Counted from the first letter of the stretch, positions 1 through 6,786 are shown. The stretch: 32,000 nt of DNA from Demequinaceae bacterium (GCA_965250005.1 OZ252279.1:150001-182000), one strand, 5' to 3'. The notes: generated from the sequence alone by a model not told the origin. Numbers and translations are program-made.

Positions 1-211
1 GTCCAAGGGGCGGCAGGCACCCAAGGGCAAATCGAAGAAGGGCAAGAGTGGCAACCCCGCCAAGCGCGCGCAGCAGGAGGCCGCCGCGGCCCAGCGTGCG
101 GCTGGAGTGGCCGCGCCGGGCAGCGCGTTCGGCATCGGCAAGGACGCGCCTCCGGTGGATGAGGTCCCCGAGATGCCCGAGGGATTCAGCAAGTTTCTGG
201 GACGGAAGTAG
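1..211 (+). CDS. ffh: signal recognition particle protein Ffh, 3'-terminal fragment (runs off the 5' edge)
   Basis: Frame 2 is open from the window edge to TAG at 209-211. It translates to SKGRQAPKGKSKKGKSGNPAKRAQQEAAAAQ...EMPEGFSKFLGRK, a Lys/Gly/Ala-rich tail like actinobacterial Ffh C-termini. The position directly upstream of amidohydrolase-rpsP-rimM-trmD matches conserved synteny. The fragment is too short for a firm call. Confidence 0.55.
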   Translation, partial: SKGRQAPKGKSKKGKSGNPAKRAQQEAAAAQRAAGVAAPGSAFGIGKDAPPVDEVPEMPEGFSKFLGRK

Positions 212-216
212 GTCAC

Positions 217-1311
217 GTGGACGCGCCACTGAGGCTTGCCGGAACCGTTGTGGTCAACGGTGAGCGCGAGCTGAGCGAGGCGTGGGTGCTGGGTGGCCGC
301 ATCACTTTCGAGCAGCCCGTCCACTCCGGTCCCGTGGATACGGTCGAAGGGTTTGTCCTGCCCGGCCTGGTGGACGTCCACTGCCACGTTGGCGTGACCA
401 CGGCTGGCGCTACTGAGCCGGACCTCGCCGAGAAGCAGGCGGCGGCGGACCGTGACGCTGGCGTACTTCTCATCCGCGACGCGGGCTCGGCCCTGGACAC
501 CTCGTGGATCAACGAGCGCGATGACCTGCCCCGCATTATTCGCTCTGGCCGGTTCATCGCCAGGCCCATGCGCTACATGCGCAACCTTCCGCGGGAGGTT
601 AAGGACGTCGCAGACCTGCCCGCCGTGGCCGCCGACGAGGCGCGTCGCTCGGACGGCTGGGTCAAGCTGATCGCGGACTGGATCGACCGCGACCTTGGCG
701 ACGCGGGTGACTTGCGCCCGCTCTGGCCAGACGACGTACTCGCGGAGGCGATAGCCGCCGCACAAGCCGAGGGGGCGCGCATAACCGCGCACACGTTCGC
801 CACCGAAGCAGTTGACCCGCTCATCGAGGGCGGCATCGACTGCATCGAGCACGGCACCGGCATGACACCCGAGCAGATCCAACGCGCCGCCTCCATGAGC
901 ATCCCCGTGGTCCCCACGCTGCTCCAGATCGCGCAGTTCGAATCCATTGCAGCTCAGGGCGAAGCCAAGTACCCGGTGTTCGCCGCGCGTATGCGCGGGA
1001 TGCACGCGCGTAGGCACCAGCAGGTGCGCGACTTCCGCGACGCGGGAATCCAGATGTACGTCGGCACGGATGCTGGAGGGAGCATCGGCCACGGGTCGCT
1101 ACCTGAGGAGGCGGCCGAAATGGTCGCTGCGGGTCTGCCTGCGCCGGAGGTAGTCGCGGCGGCGTCGTGGGAGGCGCGCGAGTGGCTCGGAGTGCCCGGA
1201 ATTGAGGAGGGCGCACCCGCGGACGTGGTGGTTTACGCGGGCGACCCGCGCGAGGACATCGCCGTGCTCGCCCGCCCGCTCGCCGTCCTGCTACGCGGCT
1301 CGCGCCACTAG
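217..1311 (+). CDS. amidohydrolase family protein (metal-dependent hydrolase)
   Basis: 364-aa ORF with a GTG start 8 nt after GGAAG. It has the N-terminal metal-binding motif DVHCHVG (HxH), later HT/EHG and a VGTDAGG region typical of the amidohydrolase superfamily. An amidohydrolase sits at this position between ffh and rpsP in other actinobacteria. Confidence 0.8.
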   Translation: MDAPLRLAGTVVVNGERELSEAWVLGGRITFEQPVHSGPVDTVEGFVLPGLVDVHCHVGVTTAGATEPDLAEKQAAADRDAGVLLIRDAGSALDTSWINERDDLPRIIRSGRFIARPMRYMRNLPREVKDVADLPAVAADEARRSDGWVKLIADWIDRDLGDAGDLRPLWPDDVLAEAIAAAQAEGARITAHTFATEAVDPLIEGGIDCIEHGTGMTPEQIQRAASMSIPVVPTLLQIAQFESIAAQGEAKYPVFAARMRGMHARRHQQVRDFRDAGIQMYVGTDAGGSIGHGSLPEEAAEMVAAGLPAPEVVAAASWEAREWLGVPGIEEGAPADVVVYAGDPREDIAVLARPLAVLLRGSRH

Positions 1312-1347
1312 CGCGGGGCCCGCGTGTCAATGCGTTTCGCCAAACGC
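1312..1347 (+). terminator. two adjacent GC-rich hairpins after the amidohydrolase stop (possible factor-independent terminator without U-tract)
   Basis: CGCGGGGCCCGCG palindrome at 1312-1324 and GCGTTT-cgcc-AAACGC hairpin at 1332-1347, read directly. No T-run follows, so the terminator function is speculative. Confidence 0.25.
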
Positions 1348-1352
1348 TAGAC

Positions 1353-2747
1353 GTGGGCGGCGAAATCGCGCAGAGTGGACCCATGCCAACCGACACCACC
1401 GTCGCACCTGCACGCCAGAAGCAAGCGAAGAAGCGCTCATGGTGGCGCGACTCCGTCGAAGCGGCAGCCTGGTTCACGGGCGCCATCACCGTCGCGTTCT
1501 TTTTCCACAGCGGGGGAGCGCAGCTCACGTCTACGACCGACGCGATCAGCTCGCTCGGTCGCCTGCTGGGGCTGACAGCCGCGAGCATGGTCATGGTTCA
1601 GCTGATCCTGATCTCGCGCTCTCCGTGGGTGGAAAAGGCGTTCGGCCACGACCGCATGGCCAAACTGCATACGCGCATGGGCAAGCTCGCGTTCGTATTC
1701 ATGGTGGCGCACCTGACGATCATCATCCTTGCGCACTCGATCTACGAGAGCACCAGCTACATCGGGCATTTCGTTGAGATCTTCACGGAATCCTGGTTCA
1801 TGCGGTGGGCGATCCTGGGCGTGGGAATCTTTTTTGTCACCGTGGGCATCTCGCTGTCGCGTATCCGCCCGCGCTGGAAGTACCAGAACTGGCATGCCGT
1901 GCACCTCTTCATGTACGTGGCGATCGCGCTGGTCATCCCACACCAATTCCTCGAAGGGTCCACGTTCCGCGGCTTCGGAGTCGCGTGGTTCTGGTGGCTC
2001 GGGCTGTACATCTTTTCGATCGGCTCGTTCCTCCTGTTCCGCCTGGTGGTCCCGCTGGTGAACTACGGCCGACGCGGCCTGACCGTCACTTCCGTGGACA
2101 CCCTCGCCGACGGCAGCACTTCCGTGGTGATGACAGGCCGCAACGCCGGTGACATGCAGGCGAGCGCGGGCCAGTTCTTCCTGTGGCGCTTCATGGCCAA
2201 GGGATTCTGGCGCGAGGCACATCCCTACTCGCTGTCACGCACACCGGATGGCTCCACGTTCCGTATCACCGTCAAGCCCTCGGGCGACGGCTCCACCAAG
2301 ATGGCCGCTCTCAAGCCCGGCACGCGCGTCATGGCCGAGGGCCCGCTCGGCGTCTTCTCCGATGCCGCGCGAGTGGGCAACCGACTGGCGCTTATGGCCG
2401 CCGGCATCGGCATCACGCCCATCCGCGCGATGCTCGAGGACGTCACCGAGGGTGACCCGGTGACCGTGATCGTGCGGGCGCGCTCGCTCAAGGAGGCGCC
2501 GCTGCTGGACGAGGTCAAGGAGCTCGCCAAAGCCAAGGGCGCCGACCTGCACGTGTTCGTCGGATCGCGCGGCGAGAACTGGTCCACTGCAGAGGAGCAC
2601 GCGACGCTCACCGACCTCATCAAAGATGTGGCATCCGCCGACGTGTTCGTGTGCGGCCCCGTGGCCTGGGCCAAGCAGGTCGAGGCCGAAGCACTGTGGG
2701 CCGGCGTTCCCGCCGAGGCCATCCACCGCGAAGAATTCGCCTGGTAG
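1353..2747 (+). CDS. ferric-reductase/NOX-like transmembrane bis-haem flavoprotein, paralogue A (ferric reductase TM domain + FAD-binding + NAD(P)H-binding)
   Basis: 464-aa ORF. The hydrophobic N-terminal half has His pairs at NOX spacing: HTRMGKLAFVFMVAH (13 intervening residues) and HLFMYVAIALVIPH (12 intervening). The C-terminal half has the FNR-like motifs HPYSLS, GIGITPIRAML, VFVCGP and a terminal EEFAW. An alternative start at ATG 1383 (MPTDTT...) aligns better with paralogue B. Confidence 0.85.
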   Translation: MGGEIAQSGPMPTDTTVAPARQKQAKKRSWWRDSVEAAAWFTGAITVAFFFHSGGAQLTSTTDAISSLGRLLGLTAASMVMVQLILISRSPWVEKAFGHDRMAKLHTRMGKLAFVFMVAHLTIIILAHSIYESTSYIGHFVEIFTESWFMRWAILGVGIFFVTVGISLSRIRPRWKYQNWHAVHLFMYVAIALVIPHQFLEGSTFRGFGVAWFWWLGLYIFSIGSFLLFRLVVPLVNYGRRGLTVTSVDTLADGSTSVVMTGRNAGDMQASAGQFFLWRFMAKGFWREAHPYSLSRTPDGSTFRITVKPSGDGSTKMAALKPGTRVMAEGPLGVFSDAARVGNRLALMAAGIGITPIRAMLEDVTEGDPVTVIVRARSLKEAPLLDEVKELAKAKGADLHVFVGSRGENWSTAEEHATLTDLIKDVASADVFVCGPVAWAKQVEAEALWAGVPAEAIHREEFAW

Positions 2748-2755
2748 GGGCAGAC

Positions 2756-3154
2756 ATGAAGAAACAACGCGCAATCGTCGTGGGCGGAGCCGCCGCCGTC
2801 ATCATGGGATCCGGGCTGGTGAGCGCCCCCGAGCTGGGCTCCGTGAACATCGCGGACCCAGGCGGCAGCGCCGACGGCGACGTCTTTGTGGGCCCCCAGG
2901 TGGAGACCGTTAAGGGTCCCACCCAGGTTCAGATCGTGGTGATCGACGGCGTCGTCACCGACGTCCAGGTGCTCAAGGTAGGTAGCCAGGCAGCGGAGTC
3001 GGTGCGCGTCAACGCGTTCGCCGTCCCTGAGTTGGTTCAGAAAGTGCTCGAGGCGCAGGACTGGGACGTCGACCACGTCAGCGGCTCCTCATTCACGTCG
3101 CCAGCATTCGTGGAGTCCGTTCACGGAGCCTTCGTAGAGGCCGGACTCGCTTAG
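2756..3154 (+). CDS. FMN-binding domain protein A' (N-terminal membrane anchor or signal peptide; predicted ApbE substrate)
   Basis: ATG 2756 lies 5 nt after AGGGG and 8 nt after the reductase A stop. The N-terminus is MKKQRAIVVGGAAAVIMGSGLVSAP (positive n-region plus hydrophobic helix). The FMN_bind-like core is GPTQVQIVVIDGVVTDVQVL...VDHVSGSSFTSPAFVESV, with the flavinylation-type motif SGSS at 3080-3091. The longer track ORF from 2651 overlaps reductase A and is Arg-rich, so I rejected it. Confidence 0.8.
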   Translation: MKKQRAIVVGGAAAVIMGSGLVSAPELGSVNIADPGGSADGDVFVGPQVETVKGPTQVQIVVIDGVVTDVQVLKVGSQAAESVRVNAFAVPELVQKVLEAQDWDVDHVSGSSFTSPAFVESVHGAFVEAGLA

Positions 3155-3182
3155 CGACTCCGCATCCGGACCCGCGCCGCTC

Positions 3183-4031
3183 ATGGCACGGGAGGACCAA
3201 GACGTGCCAGGTGCATTGCCCGGAGTATTCAGACGAACCGTGCACGCAATGGCCATGCCATTCACCATTGAGGTGAGGCGCACGTCCAGCCGCGAAGAGG
3301 ACGAACTTGAACTGGATTGCGCGGTCGAGGCCATCCACGGAGACCTCCTGTGGGCCGACAGTGTTTTTAGCATGTGGCAGGACGAGTCGCCCGTGTCACG
3401 GCTCGCGCGCGGGGAAATCACACTGGACGATTGCCCGCCCGCAGTCGCGGAAGTCTTTGAGGCGTGCGATCAATACTGGAAGAACACGGGAGGCGCATTT
3501 GACGCCCGCAGGCCCGACGGCGCCGTGGATCCCACAGGTCTGGTCAAAACGTGGGCGGTGGCGCGCGCCACCTGGCGGCTCGCCCACGCGGGCGCGATCG
3601 ACTGGATGATCGGCGCCTCTGGAGACGTGATTGCCGAGGGGACCGCGCCGGGTGGCAGGCCATGGCGCATCGGAATCGCGGACCCCCGCCAGACGGGAGA
3701 TCCCGCGCGTGGCAAGGTGGTCGACGTTGTCGCGCTCACGGGGGACCGGCGCGCGCTATGCACGTCCGGCACCGCGCAGCACGGCGAACACATCTGGAAC
3801 ACCGACGGCACCATGGAGGCGCGCTACGCGCAGGCGAGCGTGGTGGGGCCAGACCTGGTCGCGTGCGACGCGTGGGCGACGGCCATCGTTGCCGGCGGAG
3901 AACCGACAGCCCTCGCGGCCCAGCGGGCGGGGTTTGATGTGCTGTGCATCTCGCCGCTTACTAGCGACGATCCGGTTGAAACGCTCGACGCGTTCGCCAG
4001 CCCCGGCTGGCCCAGCTCGCCGCCGGAGTAA
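3183..4031 (+). CDS. apbE: FAD:protein FMN transferase (ApbE family)
   Basis: 282-aa ORF with ApbE-like blocks: AMAMPFTIEV, SMWQDESPVSRL, GGAFD, DPTGLVKTWA, PWRIGIADP, ALCTSGT, HIWN, ACDAWATAIVAGG. No hydrophobic signal peptide or lipobox is visible at the N-terminus (MAREDQDVPGALPGVFRRTVH...). The track shows no upstream in-frame start for this ORF. Confidence 0.85.
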   Translation: MAREDQDVPGALPGVFRRTVHAMAMPFTIEVRRTSSREEDELELDCAVEAIHGDLLWADSVFSMWQDESPVSRLARGEITLDDCPPAVAEVFEACDQYWKNTGGAFDARRPDGAVDPTGLVKTWAVARATWRLAHAGAIDWMIGASGDVIAEGTAPGGRPWRIGIADPRQTGDPARGKVVDVVALTGDRRALCTSGTAQHGEHIWNTDGTMEARYAQASVVGPDLVACDAWATAIVAGGEPTALAAQRAGFDVLCISPLTSDDPVETLDAFASPGWPSSPPE

Positions 4032-4054
4032 TTCGCACTCGTCACTGTCGCCGG

Positions 4055-5500
4055 ATGCTGAGAAACCTCTCAGAATTCGTTTCGCAGACTGGTCACATGA
4101 CCACTACGATCTCCCCGACGCGGCAAACCGCCACGTCTTATCAGTACTCCGAGCGCCTACGCCGCAAGCGCCGCGCCTCGCGCCTGTCGCTCTGGAGGGA
4201 CGGGCTGCTGTCGGCTGCGTGGCTCTCGGTGATCGGCGGGCTTGCCTTCTTCCTCGCGAGCGGCGCGATGCGCTGGAGCGTCCAGACGGACATGCTCAAT
4301 GCGTTCGGCCGCTTCACGGCCATCATTGCCACGACGCTGATATTGATCCAGGTGGTGCTCGTGTCCCGCGCCCCGTGGGTGGAGCGAGCGCTGGGTCACG
4401 ACAAGGCCGCCAAACTGCACTCCTCGCTTGGCGAGCCCATCTTCTACCTGCTCATCGCGCACGCGGCGTTACTGACCGTGGGGTGGGGTGCCCCGCAGGG
4501 CCGCGACTTTCTCGAGCAGACCATGTACTTCTACAACAGGTTCCCCAACATTGCGTTGTCAATCGCGGGCCTCGCGCTGTTCCTCATCGTCGCCGTGACG
4601 TCCGTGACCGCGGTGCGCCGTCGCTGGCCCTACGAGACCTGGCACGTGATCCACCTACTCACGTACGGTGCGATCGCGATGTCCGTGCCGCACCAGTTCT
4701 ACGACGGCTCGACGTTCCGGGCAAACCAGGCCGCCACCTGGTACTGGATCGGGCTGTATGTGGTCGCATTCGGGTCGCTACTCGCGTGGCGCGTGGTTGC
4801 GCCCATGTGGAGGGCCGCCAAACACCGGCTGCGTGTCAGTGAGGTTGAGCGTCACGACGACGGGACGGTCTCCGTCACCATCTCGGGCCGCAAACTCGAC
4901 GAGTGGGACGCGCGTGCCGGGCAGTTCTTCCTGTGGCGATTCGCTACCGCGGACCTATGGCTCACCTCCCATCCGTATTCTTTGTCCGCTGCACCCGATG
5001 GCCGCACGCTGCGCATCACCGTCAAGCCGCTCGGCGACGACTCGGCTGTGCTCAGCGGCGTGCGCCCTGGCACGCGAGTGATGGCGGCCGGGCCGTTCGG
5101 CCGGTTCTCGCACCACGCGCGAACAGGCGAGGGCCTGGTGCTGGTGGGTGCGGGCATCGGAGTGACGCCCATTCGCGCGATGCTGGAAGATCCCGAAGTG
5201 ATGTCGGGGCCGTGCACTGTCATCATCCGTGCGCGCTCGGTGCGCGAGGCGCCGCTGATCAGCGAACTCCGCGAACTGGCCGAGCAGCGCGGCGCAAACT
5301 TCCATCTGCTCGTCGGGCCGCGCGGCTCGGGCTGGTCCACGCAGGAGGGTCCTGAGTCGCTTGACGCACTTGTGCCAGACCTTCCGACTGCGGATGTGTT
5401 TGTTTGCGGCCCCGAAGCGTGGTCCGGCGAGGTCGCCCGCGACGCACTCGAATGCGGCGTGCCGTCCGGGGCGATCCACGTCGAAGAGTACGCATGGTGA
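4055..5500 (+). CDS. ferric-reductase/NOX-like transmembrane bis-haem flavoprotein, paralogue B
   Basis: 481-aa ORF, roughly half identical by eye to paralogue A along its full length. His pairs are HSSLGEPIFYLLIAH and HLLTYGAIAMSVPH. Other shared motifs are HPYSLS, GIGVTPIRAML, VFVCGP and terminal EEYAW. An alternative start at ATG 4097 (MTTTISPTRQ) aligns with MPTDTTVAPARQ of paralogue A. Confidence 0.85.
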   Translation: MLRNLSEFVSQTGHMTTTISPTRQTATSYQYSERLRRKRRASRLSLWRDGLLSAAWLSVIGGLAFFLASGAMRWSVQTDMLNAFGRFTAIIATTLILIQVVLVSRAPWVERALGHDKAAKLHSSLGEPIFYLLIAHAALLTVGWGAPQGRDFLEQTMYFYNRFPNIALSIAGLALFLIVAVTSVTAVRRRWPYETWHVIHLLTYGAIAMSVPHQFYDGSTFRANQAATWYWIGLYVVAFGSLLAWRVVAPMWRAAKHRLRVSEVERHDDGTVSVTISGRKLDEWDARAGQFFLWRFATADLWLTSHPYSLSAAPDGRTLRITVKPLGDDSAVLSGVRPGTRVMAAGPFGRFSHHARTGEGLVLVGAGIGVTPIRAMLEDPEVMSGPCTVIIRARSVREAPLISELRELAEQRGANFHLLVGPRGSGWSTQEGPESLDALVPDLPTADVFVCGPEAWSGEVARDALECGVPSGAIHVEEYAW

Positions 5501-5510
5501 GGGGATGCGC

Positions 5511-6038
5511 ATGAAGCCATCTCGAACAGTCCTCGCGCTGGGTGCCGGCGCGACCATGCTCGCCGCAGGCTGGAAGACTGGCGCGGCCCCGCTGCCCCCG
5601 TCGGAGTTTTTGACACGAGTTGATGGCATCGTCCTCGAACCCGCCGTTGAACCGTCTCCGGGGGCGTCCGTGGCGCCGACGCCCGGCGCGGACGCGTTGC
5701 CGAAGACAGCCGTCGCCGAGGCTGCGCCCGAGCCACCGCCACCCGCGCCGCCGGCCGGTCCAACTGGCACGTTCATTGGCCCGGCTGTCAACACCGAGTG
5801 GGGCAAGATGCAGGTGCAGATTGTCGTGAACGATGGCCGCATCGTCGACGTCAAGCCACTGATCATTGGCACGAACAACTCCGAGTCGATTTCGATCAAC
5901 AGCAAGGCCGTTCCCAAACTTGAGCAAAAGGTGCTGAGCGCGCAGACGTGGAACGTTGGCTACGTCTCCGGTGCGAGCTCCACGAGCATGGGCTACACGC
6001 AGTCCGTCAGGGGCGCGATGACCACCGCAGGCATTTAG
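5511..6038 (+). CDS. FMN-binding domain protein B' (membrane anchor + Pro/Ala-rich linker + FMN_bind domain)
   Basis: ATG 5511 lies 8 nt after GAGG (5499-5502), which overlaps the reductase B stop. ATG 5505 is possible but has poor RBS spacing. The N-terminus is MKPSRTVLALGAGATMLAAGW. The linker is PAVEPSPGASVAPTPGA...APEPPPPAPPAGPTG. The FMN_bind core is GKMQVQIVVNDGRIVDVKPL...VGYVSGASSTSMGYTQSV, with SGAS at 5967-5978. Confidence 0.8.
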   Translation: MKPSRTVLALGAGATMLAAGWKTGAAPLPPSEFLTRVDGIVLEPAVEPSPGASVAPTPGADALPKTAVAEAAPEPPPPAPPAGPTGTFIGPAVNTEWGKMQVQIVVNDGRIVDVKPLIIGTNNSESISINSKAVPKLEQKVLSAQTWNVGYVSGASSTSMGYTQSVRGAMTTAGI

Positions 6039-6060
6039 CGCCGGGTGACTTTGGTCCCGT

Positions 6061-6738
6061 GTGACGCCGCGGGGCGAGGCGCACCATGGGAGAGTGTCGA
6101 CAGTTGCGCGCACGCGCGCCTTCGCCACCGTCACCGCGGTGGGAGTCGCTCTCGCGCTCGGAGCCTGCACGAACGGCGACACGACGTCGCCGCAGGTCCA
6201 GGTCACGGTGACCGTCGCGCCGTTCCCGACGGACGCATCGGCTACTACTCCTGCCGCCACGTCCGCCGTCACTCCTCCACCTCCTCCGCCCGAACCCGAG
6301 CCGGTGCACATCTACACCTACGGAGACGAATGGGCGCTCGCGCCCGAGACCGAGGCGCGCGGGTCCGGCTGCTCCCCGGGCGGCGGAGCCCTCCCCGATG
6401 GGGCGTGGTTTGGGTTCGCCCACACGTGGTCGGCGTCCCAGTTTAGTTTTGACCTCGCCTGCTGGTGGTCTGGTGCTCGGGCGCACCAGGAGGGCCTGGA
6501 CGACGGGTTCGAGGACGCGTACGACTTCTACATCACGAACGACAATCCCACGCTGCGCACGGTGCCCGTCGGGGGAAACGTTCCGGCGCGCAAGGCCGGG
6601 TGGGAGGACGGCTTGTTTACGCTCACCCAGGTGATCGCGGACCCCGGAGGATCGCTGCCTACCAACCACCCGTACCCGGTATGGATCTACATCAATGGCG
6701 GAGAGATCACCGAGATCGCAGTCCAGTACGTTCCGTAG
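6061..6738 (+). CDS. putative lipoprotein of unknown function (lipobox + Thr/Pro linker + Trp-rich C-terminal domain)
   Basis: 225-aa ORF with the signal/lipobox region RTRAFATVTAVGVALALGAC-TNG (LGAC), a TPPPPPPEPEP linker, and no motif I can assign in the C-terminal ~150 aa. The start is uncertain: GTG 6061 or GTG 6094. Confidence 0.6.
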   Translation: MTPRGEAHHGRVSTVARTRAFATVTAVGVALALGACTNGDTTSPQVQVTVTVAPFPTDASATTPAATSAVTPPPPPPEPEPVHIYTYGDEWALAPETEARGSGCSPGGGALPDGAWFGFAHTWSASQFSFDLACWWSGARAHQEGLDDGFEDAYDFYITNDNPTLRTVPVGGNVPARKAGWEDGLFTLTQVIADPGGSLPTNHPYPVWIYINGGEITEIAVQYVP

Positions 6739-6767
6739 GCCTCGCGTAGCGCGACCGCACGGAAGTC

Positions 6768-6786
6768 TGGCAGAATAGGCGGTTGG
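6768..6786 (+). promoter_or_regulatory. conserved box TGGCAGAATAGGCGGTTGG upstream of rpsP (candidate extended -10 promoter plus start region)
   Basis: 17 of 19 nt are identical to the box at 8932-8950 upstream of rplS. It reads as TGn + CAGAAT (nAnAAT, a -10-like hexamer). No convincing -35 is present. The function is inferred only. Confidence 0.3.

Noticed and set aside
1312-1352. Searched the regions upstream of the reductase cluster (1312-1352, 4032-4096) for an iron-regulator operator (IdeR/DtxR-type TTAGGTTAGGCTAACCTAA or a Fur box).
   Set aside because: No recognisable match was found. Only generic GC-rich hairpins and the CTGAGA/TCTCAG palindrome are present, so no claim of iron regulation is made.
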